The notes under the pieces are model-generated. The model was given only the letters and a program-made list of their open reading frames with translations, did not search any database and was not told where the DNA came from. Positions 54,133 to 62,822 of a stretch of 64,000 nucleotides of DNA are shown in pieces; the stretch's first letter is position 1; each line of letters begins with the position of its first letter. The position numbers were made by a program, and so were the translations under genes. Source of the DNA: Candidatus Saccharimonadota bacterium (lineage in GTDB: Bacteria > Patescibacteriota > Saccharimonadia > Saccharimonadales > UBA10212); assembly GCA_016187125.1 (NCBI GenBank), contig JACPKF010000009.1:11855-75854 (forward strand). The letters are read 5' to 3'.

Positions 54133-54297
54133 GAACTCATTTCAAAACCTACCTTCCTTCTGCGAACCAGATTCCAGGCAATCTAACTGATTTTTGCTTC
54201 GCGATGTACCAATGGGTACAGCTTGTCGCAAGAAATCAGTCATCTTTAACCTGGAATTGAGTCTCTCGAACTCCGAAGGAGGTATTGAAATGGGTTC
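54133..54297. repeat. ~165-nt imperfect long hairpin
   Basis: Centre GTACC-AATG-GGTAC (54206-54219). Paired blocks GAACTCATTTCAA/TTGAAATGGGTTC, ATTCCAGG/CCTGGAAT and ACTGATTT/AAATCAGT. Confidence 0.65.
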
Positions 54298-54306
54298 TAG
54301 TAGAAT

Positions 54307-55338
54307 TTACTCAGCCAATGAGTAAGTAGCTTTAGCTACTCGCTTAAACTGATTCTTGCCCTGAAGATTAAGTAAAATCGTGGTTTCTTTAACTTGGCGG
54401 CTCTTTAAAACCCGGCGTACGATTTCATCGCGGTGCAGCGGTCCAGCTTCTTTTCTTAGCACTTCACTGATGACATCAGCCACAGTACCCCTTTTATAGC
54501 CCCACTCGCGCAGCGCGTAAATCCCCCGGCCGATCAAGACGAAGCGCTTATCTTTAATGAGTTCGTTATGAATAGCTTGAGTAGTTACATCTTTGCGCTT
54601 AAAATCACTACTTTTAATAGCGGCGGCGATTTCGCTAAAGTGCATCGGCTTTTTGCTGTCGTGCAAAATAACATAGATCTTGTCGCGTATATTCTTAGGG
54701 TTAACCATCGGCCAACGGGTCAAACCCCAACGGCCGTGTAAGCTGGCAACATTCTTAGAAATACTGGCCAGAGCCTGCACATGCTGGTGGTCGGTCTTAC
54801 CAATTTCCTTGGCAATGGTTTCGATATCGGTTGGCTTATCAATCTTTTTAATGGCTTCTATAACTTTGCCGACAAGATCACGCAAAGCTTTCTCGGTATG
54901 CTGTTCGACCAAGCCTATAGAATGGAAAAAATCATCATCATCTTCGATAACGGCGACTTTTGGGCTCAAGTGGGCCAAGAAGGCCAGTCGGGCTTGATCA
55001 ACCTTGGTGTTTTCTTTGGTCAGTTTGGACGTGAGCTCAGTCGTCCGGGCCACTTGGCCCATGTCGCTGAGGTGTTTAGCGAGGACCGACTGGACTTCTT
55101 TGATATGGGGCAAGTCCTCGCCAGCGGCTTTCAAACGAGTTATAACGGCCTTTTCCAGCTGTCTGACTCTTTCACGGGTGATACCCAGTAGTTCGCCAAT
55201 CTGTTCCAAGGTCTCGCGGCGATCAAATAAACCGAAGCGTCTCGAGATGATTTCTCGCTCACGCTGCCTATCTATCGTGCCTAAGATATCTTGGACACTA
55301 GATTCTATGTTTAGTTTTGCTGTAGATGATTCTTCCAT
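54307..55338 (-). CDS. sigma-70 region-4 HTH protein with HARE-HTH-like C-terminal domain(s)
   Basis: RRFGL ... TLEQIGELLGITRERVRQLEKAVITRLK, then HFSEIAAAI ... RGIYALREWGY. Confidence 0.65.
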   Translation of the reverse strand: MEESSTAKLNIESSVQDILGTIDRQREREIISRRFGLFDRRETLEQIGELLGITRERVRQLEKAVITRLKAAGEDLPHIKEVQSVLAKHLSDMGQVARTTELTSKLTKENTKVDQARLAFLAHLSPKVAVIEDDDDFFHSIGLVEQHTEKALRDLVGKVIEAIKKIDKPTDIETIAKEIGKTDHQHVQALASISKNVASLHGRWGLTRWPMVNPKNIRDKIYVILHDSKKPMHFSEIAAAIKSSDFKRKDVTTQAIHNELIKDKRFVLIGRGIYALREWGYKRGTVADVISEVLRKEAGPLHRDEIVRRVLKSRQVKETTILLNLQGKNQFKRVAKATYSLAE

Positions 55339-55405
55339 AGTTTTACCCGATCCGCGGCATGATTCCGCTTGAGGCTTATATAATTATAAAACTTTAATTT
55401 TTAAA

Positions 55406-55528
55406 AGTCAAGTCCAGTGGAATAGTTTAGCCTGCGGCTAAAATTCCACGGACTTGTCCCATGGAATTCCACCTCTGGTGGACTAATTTGTGAAAACAAA
55501 TTCGATTCCATTGGGACAGCCCTTGACT
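55406..55528. other. twin nested-hairpin structured element (ncRNA or protein-binding cruciform candidate)
   Basis: Outer AGTCAAG/CTTGACT. Unit 1: GTCCAGTGGAAT[TTTAGCC-TGC-GGCTAAA]ATTCCACGGAC. Unit 2: GTCCCATGGAAT[TCCACC-TCT-GGTGGA, AATTTGT-GAAA-ACAAATT]ATTCCATTGGGAC. Confidence 0.5.
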
Positions 55529-55823
55529 ATATTTATTGTATCACTAAATTGCCTTAGGTGCTGAAGTATGTTTATGTTTGATTTACTACAATAACTATTT
55601 GGTAATCTGTGAAGTATGTGGATAACGTTCGCACTATCTTTTATCAGACCCAGCCAAGAGCAGATTGAAATTAGCTTACGGTTACTAGCCGCGCCTCGAC
55701 AACTCCCTTCGGTCGATCCTCACCATTTTATAGGAAGTTCGGATAAAGTCTCGGCTTTAGTCGGCTAGTAACCCACCAACTTCATCTGTTTTGTCAGACG
55801 TCTGCTAAAAGACAGAGCTCACT

Positions 55824-58217
55824 TTATTTTCGGCGGCGGAATTTCGATTTGGCGGGGGCCTTATCGAGTAGTTCTTGAGCTTGGGCTTTGTCTAAAGTTT
55901 TGGGTTTAGTGCCCTTGGGAATCCGGGCATTCTTTTTGCCATCGCTTACATACGGCCCGTATGGCCCATTTAACACTCTTATCGTGCCAAAATCAGCTAT
56001 TACCTTCTCGGCTATGGCTTGCTTCTTTTGTTCAATCAGCTGCAGGGCCTCTTCTAAAGAAATCGTCAGGGGATCATGGTCTTTGATGCTGACGAATTGC
56101 TTGCCTAGTTTTAGATAAGGCCCGTAAGGACCAATATCGGACGAGATTTCCTCCCCTTCTGCCGATTTACCGACAATCCTTGGCAAGTTAAACATCGGTA
56201 AAGCTTGTTCAAGGGTCACACTATTAAGTTCGCTGCCACTGGGCATTGGCGCGAATCTTGGTTTGAGAACTTTTTTATCTCCTTCTTGGCCTGAGCTTGT
56301 CGCCCTTCGAGTATCCTCTCCTCGAGTCTGAGCGACCTCGGAGTCGAAGACAGGACGACCCTGAGCTTTAGTCGAACGGGTCGAACGGCTGGCGGGATTA
56401 TCTCCCAGTTGCAACACCGGACCGAAGCGCCCATAGCGGGCATAAACTAGTTGTCCGCTTTTTGGATCTTTGCCGAGTTTACGGACTTGCAGGGTTACGT
56501 CGCGGCTGGCCTGTTTAGATTTTTCTATCAAGGGGTGAAAAGCTTTATAAAAACGCTCCAGCATTTCCTGCCACTGATCTTTGCCACCAGCGATGTCATC
56601 CAATTCTTCTTCAGCCCGGGCTGTAAAATCGTAATCAATAATTGAACTAAAATATTTCTGGAGGAAGTCAGTGACGATTTCTGCCAGTTGTGTAGGAATT
56701 AATTTGCCTCTGTCGGCTCCAAGGACTATTTCGGTAATATTTTTGCTGATTTTACCACCTGCCAGCACCAGTTCTATGACCCGACGCGGTTCACCATCTA
56801 TATCAGATTTTTCCACGTAACCGCGAGTTTGAATGGTAGTAATAGTCGGTGCGTAAGTGCTCGGCCGGCCAATGCCTAGTTCCTCGAGTTTTTTGACGAG
56901 CGAGGCTTCGCTATAACGCGCCGGCGCCCGGCTAAAGACTTCCTGAGCGCTCATGGTTTTAAGACTAAGCCGCTGGCCACGGCTTAGCTTGGGCAAAATT
57001 TTGTCTTCTTTACCGCCTCCGTAAACTTTTAAAAAGCCGTCAAATTTCAGGATTTCACCGCTGGCAACTAGCTGTTCATCGCGGCCACTAATGGATATTC
57101 TAGCCTGCGTCTGGTCAATTTGGGCAGGCGCCATTTGGCTGGCGACAGTCCTTTGCCAAATCAGCTGGTAGAGCTTTTGCTGCTGGGTATCGGCCCCGCT
57201 ATTCAAAGACGTCAGTTGAGTCGGTCTGATGGCTTCGTGGGCTTCCTGGGCGCCACGGCTCTTGGTCTTGTATTGACGAACCTGGTGATAATTCTGCCCG
57301 TAAGCCTTTACTATATAATCCCGGGCGGCTTTGATGGCCAAACCTGATAAAGCCACGCTATCGGTACGCATATAAGTTATATGTCCGTTTTCATATAAAC
57401 GTTGGGCGACCGTCATTGTTTGTTTAACACCGTAACCAAGACGCCGAGCGGCTTCTTGCTGCAGGCTACTAGTGGTAAAAGGAGCGCTTGGTGCCCGAGT
57501 AGCTGGTTTTTGATCTACCGATTCGACCGTGAAAGTGGCAGTTTTGGCGGTTTCCAAAAACTCTTGCGCTAAAGGCTCGGTTAGAATTTTTGATGGTAGT
57601 TCGGCTAAAACTTCTTCACCATCTGCATCAAAAATTCCACTTAACTTAAATGAGCCCTCAGCTTGAAAAGCCCTAATTTCTCGCTCGCGCTCAACTGTCA
57701 ACCGTACCGCTACGCTCTGGACTCGGCCAGCCGAAAGTCCGGCTCTGATCTTTTTCCACAGAATCGGACTTAACTCGTAGCCTACTAACCGGTCAAGTAC
57801 TCGTCTAGCCTGTTGAGAATCAACTAATTTTTGATCTACAGTCCGTGGCTTGGCAATAGCGGTGGCTATGGCGGACTTGGTAATTTCATGAAAAACAATC
57901 CGCTTAGTTTTATTGGGATCTATCCCTAGTACAAAACAAATATGCCAAGCTATAGCCTCACCTTCGCGGTCTTCATCGCTGGCCAGCCAAATAGTTTTAC
58001 CTTTAGCTATACTTCTTAGCTGACTAACTATTTTTCCTTTGTCGGGGCTAATTTCGTAGGTCGGCTCAAATTTTTTAGCGATGTCTACGCCGAGCTGTTT
58101 TTTGGGCAGATCGCGGACATGACCAAAACTGCTTTTGACTTCAAAATCATCGCCTAAATAACGAGCAATAGTTTTAGCCTTGGCCGGGCTTTCAACAATC
58201 ATCAGATTCTTAGCCAT
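55824..58217 (-). CDS. topA: DNA topoisomerase I
   Basis: TOPRIM N-terminus MAKNLMIVESPAKAKTI and a type IA core. ATG 58217 is preferred to the track TTG 58247, which lies in the promoter. Confidence 0.93.
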   Translation of the reverse strand: MAKNLMIVESPAKAKTIARYLGDDFEVKSSFGHVRDLPKKQLGVDIAKKFEPTYEISPDKGKIVSQLRSIAKGKTIWLASDEDREGEAIAWHICFVLGIDPNKTKRIVFHEITKSAIATAIAKPRTVDQKLVDSQQARRVLDRLVGYELSPILWKKIRAGLSAGRVQSVAVRLTVEREREIRAFQAEGSFKLSGIFDADGEEVLAELPSKILTEPLAQEFLETAKTATFTVESVDQKPATRAPSAPFTTSSLQQEAARRLGYGVKQTMTVAQRLYENGHITYMRTDSVALSGLAIKAARDYIVKAYGQNYHQVRQYKTKSRGAQEAHEAIRPTQLTSLNSGADTQQQKLYQLIWQRTVASQMAPAQIDQTQARISISGRDEQLVASGEILKFDGFLKVYGGGKEDKILPKLSRGQRLSLKTMSAQEVFSRAPARYSEASLVKKLEELGIGRPSTYAPTITTIQTRGYVEKSDIDGEPRRVIELVLAGGKISKNITEIVLGADRGKLIPTQLAEIVTDFLQKYFSSIIDYDFTARAEEELDDIAGGKDQWQEMLERFYKAFHPLIEKSKQASRDVTLQVRKLGKDPKSGQLVYARYGRFGPVLQLGDNPASRSTRSTKAQGRPVFDSEVAQTRGEDTRRATSSGQEGDKKVLKPRFAPMPSGSELNSVTLEQALPMFNLPRIVGKSAEGEEISSDIGPYGPYLKLGKQFVSIKDHDPLTISLEEALQLIEQKKQAIAEKVIADFGTIRVLNGPYGPYVSDGKKNARIPKGTKPKTLDKAQAQELLDKAPAKSKFRRRK

Positions 58218-58225
58218 ATCAAGGC

Positions 58226-58254
58226 ATATTACGAATAATCCGCTCAATTATCAA
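58226..58254 (-). promoter_or_regulatory. sigma70-like promoter of topA; start codon 8 nt after the -10
   Basis: Minus strand reads TTGATA-17 nt-TAATAT-GCCTTGAT-ATG. Confidence 0.55.
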
Positions 58255-58335
58255 TTCGCAATTTACAATTACCAATCAATGTAACAATGAATCAATGTAT
58301 CATTGAATGAAAATTGAGGCTTGAAAATTGAAAAT
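58245..58335. repeat. 13 heptamers in unbroken register (dprA-topA spacer)
   Basis: CAATTAT CAATTCG CAATTTA CAATTAC CAATCAA TGTAACA ATGAATC AATGTAT CATTGAA TGAAAAT TGAGGCT TGAAAAT TGAAAAT. Confidence 0.9.
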
Positions 58336-58338
58336 TTG

Positions 58339-59202
58339 TCACTGCAGGGTCCAATGCCCAGCGTCAGCTTTGATGTGGCCATTAATCTCCAGCATGCTCA
58401 GGGCGCTGTTCAGAGCTTGTCCGCTCATGCCGGATCGGGCGGCTAAATCATCCTGGTCATTGACGCCGCCTCTGATGAGATCGAATAAAAGTTGTTCTTC
58501 AGTGGTCCCTTTAAAAACTCTTTTAATGGTTCTGGCTTTAGGCTTAAGATTTAGAGCCAAGAATATATCATCCACATCCCTTACCACCCCTGCTCCGCTG
58601 TTGATTAAATTGTTACAACCTTCGCTCGTCGGGCTGTAAATATTACCGGGCACGGCCATGACAGTCTTGCCCTGCTCTAGCGCGAATCTGGCAGTGTGCA
58701 GACTGCCGCTATTTTTGGCCGCCTCGGTTATAACCAGCACATCGGCTAGTCCGCTGACAATGCGGTTGCGAGCAATAAAATTCTCTTTATAAACCTCAGA
58801 CCCCGGGGGATATTCGCTAACAAGAGCCCCACTACTACTGACGATTTGCTTGGCTAGGTTATGGTGTGCGGCGGGATATATTTTGTCCAGCGGCGCCGGC
58901 AAAACCGCGACAGTACAGCCGCCAACCGATAAGGCCGCGCGGTGAGCAGTGGCGTCTATCCCAAACGCTAAACCGCTGATAATTACCACTCCAGCCCTAG
59001 CTAGCTCACCGGCTAGCCGCTCAGTAACTTGTTTGCCATAAGCAGAAGCCTTACGGCTGCCAACAATAGCTACTTTTGGCTTACTGATAAACTCTTGGGG
59101 TGCAATACCTGTCCAAAAAAGCCAGGCCGGTGGCGAATGAATATGAAGTAGAAGCTCAGGATAATCAGGTTCATTAAGCTTAAGGCTATTGACTTTGCTC
59201 AT
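58339..59202 (-). CDS. dprA: DNA processing protein DprA
   Basis: Rossmann-like DprA core (VAIVGSRKAS, GLAFGIDATAHRAAL) and a C-terminal winged-helix-like tail. Confidence 0.88.
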   Translation of the reverse strand: MSKVNSLKLNEPDYPELLLHIHSPPAWLFWTGIAPQEFISKPKVAIVGSRKASAYGKQVTERLAGELARAGVVIISGLAFGIDATAHRAALSVGGCTVAVLPAPLDKIYPAAHHNLAKQIVSSSGALVSEYPPGSEVYKENFIARNRIVSGLADVLVITEAAKNSGSLHTARFALEQGKTVMAVPGNIYSPTSEGCNNLINSGAGVVRDVDDIFLALNLKPKARTIKRVFKGTTEEQLLFDLIRGGVNDQDDLAARSGMSGQALNSALSMLEINGHIKADAGHWTLQ

Positions 59203-59218
59203 ACAATATTAAAAAGTA

Positions 59219-59247
59219 TTGACATAATGACACTTTTTTGCTAATGT
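59219..59247 (+). promoter_or_regulatory. sigma70-like promoter pointing into the 59.25-59.88 kb noncoding region
   Basis: TTGACA-17 nt-TAATGT. Confidence 0.45.
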
Positions 59248-59376
59248 TGCAACTCATAAGCGTTATTTAATGCTTATGTACCTTATACCCCCAAATTTCC
59301 GGTTGTTCGCCAAGGCGGACGACGGAATAAAATGTTTAAGATTCTAAGGTAAGTTGATACCCTCCACTTGCCCTAG

Positions 59377-59460
59377 TCCCACCCAATTTTTTGGTTTTAA
59401 CTTGAGTATAGTAACCAAATTTAATTAATACAATTGTTTAAGCTTAAAAATTGGGTGGGA
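59377..59460. repeat. CCCACCCAATTT-family element with 15-bp perfect arms
   Basis: TCCCACCCAATTTTT-54 nt-AAAAATTGGGTGGGA. The interior shares ACTTGAGTA with the module at 42076-42133. Confidence 0.85.
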
Positions 59461-59689
59461 AATCTTAAACAACTTATTCCCTTTAACTCCTCGCCCGCAA
59501 AAATTTCTTTGAAATTTCGGCGGGTCCTCAACGTGGGTAGACATGCGAGCTCACGCTCGCGTTCCATCGGGCTTGCCTGGTGGACGGCGCTAGACCTTAG
59601 CTTTTCGCGGGTTATTAGATTGCTTTGTCGATGGTGGGGTTGAAGGGTGTAAATTGGGCTTGATTCGCCAGCTGGCGAATCGAGCCCGC

Positions 59690-59737
59690 AATGAACCTCC
59701 AGCGGTGCCCACCCCCTCTGGAGGTTCATTGTTTTCT
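59690..59737 (+). terminator. terminator-like hairpin
   Basis: AATGAACCTCCAG-15 nt-CTGGAGGTTCATT (13-bp perfect stem) followed by GTTTTCT. Confidence 0.55.
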
Positions 59738-59881
59738 GGTGCCCACCTTCCCGTTATTTTCTGCTGAAAATACGGTCAGGCCCGCCTCGGTGCCGTCGCA
59801 CCTGCGGTTTCCGAACTGCCGCCGGCAGTTCTCACCCTCTGGAGGCTCTTCGTAAGGTTGGTTTTCTACTAGGAAGTTAGC

Positions 59882-59910
59882 TTGACAGTAATTAAATTAA
59901 GTTATACAAT
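59882..59910 (+). promoter_or_regulatory. near-consensus sigma70 promoter; ATG 7 nt after the -10
   Basis: TTGACA-17 nt-TACAAT-ATTAGAC-ATG(59918). Confidence 0.6.
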
Positions 59911-59917
59911 ATTAGAC

Positions 59918-60079
59918 ATGTTTAGTAAGGAAGAGTTGGCAAACATGCCTCTCGAATTTTTCGAGAATGACGGATTCTCAGATCCAGGGCTTATAAACGA
60001 CATCAAAATATTGGCTATGGATCAGGTTGAGCTTGTTTTTGTCGACCCTAACGAGTTGCCCAGAATCAACTTAAAATAG
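59918..60079 (+). CDS. 53-aa acidic small protein, probably leaderless
   Basis: Encodes MFSKEELANMPLEFFENDGFSDPG... The ORF starts at the predicted transcription start. Its 3' end overlaps the pth stop by 14 nt (convergent). Confidence 0.4.
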   Translation: MFSKEELANMPLEFFENDGFSDPGLINDIKILAMDQVELVFVDPNELPRINLK

Positions 60080-60704
60080 TGCGGGTGTCGTGAGGGAGTT
60101 GGCCGCTGTAGATGTATTCGGTAATCAGATTGCTGGCTTCGCTCAAAATGAGTGGCAAGTTGCCCTGCTCTTCTTTAGTGAATTTGCTGAGCACGAAATC
60201 GCTGGCGTCAGCCTTTTCGGAGATTTCGTTGCCAATGCCGATACGCAGGCGGCCAAAGTCTTCGCCGATATGTTGGATCAGTGACTTTACGCCGTTGTGA
60301 CCGGCGTCCCCGCCCCCTACCCTTGTTCTAAGTTGTCCAAACGGAATTGCTAGCTCGTCGTAAATCACCAGAGTTGAGAGGTTGTAGACGCGGTAGAACT
60401 TCTGTACGGCGCTGGTGGCTTGGCCGCTCAAGTTCATAAAGGTAGCCGGTTTAGCTAAAATTACTCGATTTTCACCCAGAGTTTTTACGCTAAGCTCAAC
60501 CTTGAGATCCTTTTTTGATATCCACGCTGGAAAATTATTATTCCGGGCAAATTCCTCAATTACCGAAAAACCTATGTTATGCCGCGTCCCAACGTATTCT
60601 TTTCCCGGATTGCCTAGACCGATTATCAACACATTCTTGTTAGTGCCTAGCGTATAAAGCGGCAATTTAGAAGTCTCTTGCGGATTTTTTTGAAACAAAG
60701 CCAT
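60066..60704 (-). CDS. pth: peptidyl-tRNA hydrolase
   Basis: GLGNPG ... Y ... TRHNIGF N-terminal motif and GHNG. Confidence 0.92.
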   Translation of the reverse strand: MALFQKNPQETSKLPLYTLGTNKNVLIIGLGNPGKEYVGTRHNIGFSVIEEFARNNNFPAWISKKDLKVELSVKTLGENRVILAKPATFMNLSGQATSAVQKFYRVYNLSTLVIYDELAIPFGQLRTRVGGGDAGHNGVKSLIQHIGEDFGRLRIGIGNEISEKADASDFVLSKFTKEEQGNLPLILSEASNLITEYIYSGQLPHDTRTILS

Positions 60705-60723
60705 GGCGCATATTATGCGCTGA

Positions 60724-60751
60724 AACTAGTAACTAGAAAATAGTAACTAGT
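60724..60751. repeat. heptamer array upstream of pth
   Basis: AACTAGT AACTAGA AAATAGT AACTAGT. On the gene strand this reads ACTAGTT ACTATTT TCTAGTT ACTAGTT. Confidence 0.85.
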
Positions 60752-60856
60752 ATCTTTCAATTTGGCTTAAACTTCGCACAAAGTTTGATTTCGCTCATGC
60801 TTGCAAAAATTAAATTTCAAGAGTATATCTAGTATCAATACAATAAAGGAGATTTT

Positions 60857-61405
60857 ATGACAAGTGGTGACGAAAGAGTAGCGATGACAGATGTGAGTAT
60901 TGAAGATGCAAGGTTAGAGATGGATGTAGACCTACTTAAAAGAGCTGCGGTTATAATTGGCCCACAAGCTGCAGCTAATGCATTGGATGATTTAGCAACC
61001 TTGGACGACCCTCAATTACAGCGCTCTATTGGAGAAGCGGAACGAGGAGAAATTACTGAGATCGGAAATGAAGCAGAATTTCATTTAGATATTAAGTTAC
61101 CTGAAGGTGAGCCAGAGCGAGTTGAAGCTCTGAGGGCAAAATTAAAAGAATATGCCGCAAGAGCATATAATAATCGCTATAGAGCTCCCGATTCTCCTGG
61201 TGCTTTCTTAGACGCTTGTAAACGAGAAATTTTAAGAAGAGTACTAACTTACGGGCAAATAAATTCTGGGACACTCATTGGTGAACTTGTGCGATGGCCA
61301 GGCTTCAACGTTCAAGATTTTGAACAAGCACTCACTGTTATCGATGATTATTGTACAACAGGTGGACAAAATGTAATTGGTGGTCTTTCTCCTAGAGAAA
61401 CTTAA
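60857..61405 (+). CDS. hypothetical acidic protein
   Basis: 182 aa with AAGGAG RBS and a TTGCAA-17 nt-TATATC promoter upstream. AT-rich; no family recognised. Confidence 0.55.
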   Translation: MTSGDERVAMTDVSIEDARLEMDVDLLKRAAVIIGPQAAANALDDLATLDDPQLQRSIGEAERGEITEIGNEAEFHLDIKLPEGEPERVEALRAKLKEYAARAYNNRYRAPDSPGAFLDACKREILRRVLTYGQINSGTLIGELVRWPGFNVQDFEQALTVIDDYCTTGGQNVIGGLSPRET

Positions 61406-61468
61406 GTTATTGGTGCTAAAAGTTCAAGCTCCGGCCCAAACTTGTTACCAGTTTCAAGCTACCTGTTA

Positions 61469-62776
61469 CTAACGAGTAATAAGTTGCTCGCGGTCGGGGC
61501 CGACGCCGATCATAGTAATCGGAATGCCGATTTCCGCTTCTAAAAAACTAATGAATTTACGGGCTCCCTCGGGTAAATCATTCCAGCTCCGAGCTTGGCT
61601 GACGTCTCCCTTCCAAAGTGGCAGTTCTTTATAAATCGGCTGGCACCGCTGCAGCATGTAAGCCGAGCTAGGCGCCTCTTTTAGTTCTTGCCCTCTGTAT
61701 TTATAAGCTACGGCTACGGGTATGGTTTTCTTAGAAATTTTTTGTAAGGTATCTAGTTTAGTCAAGGCGGCCTCAGTTACTCCGTTGTCGCGAATTGATG
61801 TACGAATCGCCGGCAGGTCTAACCAGCCCACGCCCCTTGGACGTCCGGTTGTGGCGCCAAACTCGCCGTCGATATCGCCCCGGCTACCTCTTAAGTGCTT
61901 AGCTACAGATTCATCATCTATGGCGGTCACAAACGGTCCGCCGCCGACATGCGAAGGTACAGCCTTCATGACGCCAATCACCTTATCTATGTAGTTGTAG
62001 CCAATTCTTAAGCCATTTAAAGCTCCGCCGGTGGTCGGGTGCGAGGATGTTACATAAGGATACATGCCACCGTCGATATCCAGCCATGAAGCCTGGGCGC
62101 CTTCGGCCAGCACCGACTTACCGGCTTGGAGCTGGTCGTTTAGGAGTTTGGCGCTGTCGGCTATATATGGCTTGAGTTTAAGAGCTTCGGCTGTCCAAAG
62201 TTTGGCCTCAGCACCCGCGTCAACTGGCTTAAAATCTTTGATTTGCTGGCCGAGCTGATTAACTTTGTTTATACCTTCGGCCACGGTTTTTTCTAGCAGC
62301 TTCGGATCAATGTCCAGCAGTTCGGCTCGGACTCCCACCCGCTCATATTTATCAGCCGCTACATAGGCGATTCCAGCTTTGGTGCTACCTTGGGCGCCAG
62401 AACCGCCTTCTCGGAGTTCATCCATCAAAATATGGTGCGGCAAAATAAGATGGGCGGCGTAGCTAACAGCCAAGTTCTTAGGTGAGATTTTGATACCCTG
62501 ACTTTGCAGTTGAGCGATTTCAGCCAAAAGCTTAAGCGGGTCAACGTACATGCCGTTGCCGACTACATTTAGGACTTTGGGATAAAGCGCGCCGGCTGGT
62601 ACCTGATGAAAGGCAATCGTTTGGCCTTTGACAAAAATTGTGTGGCCGGCATTGGGTCCGCCGTTATAGCGCGCCACGATATCATGAACTGCCGCCAGTT
62701 TGTCGCTTAGGCGGCCTTTGCCTTCATCGCCCCGCTGCAGGCCAACCAAAATCGTCACCCTTCCCCTTTTTTTCAT
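61469..62776 (-). CDS. purA: adenylosuccinate synthetase
   Basis: GLQRGDEGKG P-loop, GPNAGH and TTGRPRG motifs. Confidence 0.93.
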   Translation of the reverse strand: MKKRGRVTILVGLQRGDEGKGRLSDKLAAVHDIVARYNGGPNAGHTIFVKGQTIAFHQVPAGALYPKVLNVVGNGMYVDPLKLLAEIAQLQSQGIKISPKNLAVSYAAHLILPHHILMDELREGGSGAQGSTKAGIAYVAADKYERVGVRAELLDIDPKLLEKTVAEGINKVNQLGQQIKDFKPVDAGAEAKLWTAEALKLKPYIADSAKLLNDQLQAGKSVLAEGAQASWLDIDGGMYPYVTSSHPTTGGALNGLRIGYNYIDKVIGVMKAVPSHVGGGPFVTAIDDESVAKHLRGSRGDIDGEFGATTGRPRGVGWLDLPAIRTSIRDNGVTEAALTKLDTLQKISKKTIPVAVAYKYRGQELKEAPSSAYMLQRCQPIYKELPLWKGDVSQARSWNDLPEGARKFISFLEAEIGIPITMIGVGPDREQLITR

Positions 62777-62822
62777 TCCTGTAAGAGTTTAAGCAATAGT
62801 TAAATTCTTCGCAAGCATAGTT

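Larger units (their letters stand above)
59254..59737 (+). ncRNA. candidate ~480-nt structured transcript of unknown class (promoter to terminator)
   Basis: Series of strong GC-rich hairpins with no credible ORF, bounded by the promoter at 59219 and the terminator at 59690-59737. No known RNA family recognised. Confidence 0.3.

Noticed and set aside
55680-55785. tRNA-like gene ending ...GTAACCCACCA
   Set aside because: The closing helix is 12 bp rather than a 7-bp acceptor stem, position 1-72 would be a C-C mismatch, and no D or T arm consensus can be placed.
59627-59637. tmRNA or tRNA-like 3' end (minus strand reads CAACCCCACCA) and RNase P in the 59.25-59.88 kb region
   Set aside because: There is no matching 5' acceptor strand (GGGGUUG) within 400 nt and no T-arm GGUUCGA-type loop. 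There is also no GGAAAGUCC / ACAGAANCCGGCUUA P4 sequence on either strand.
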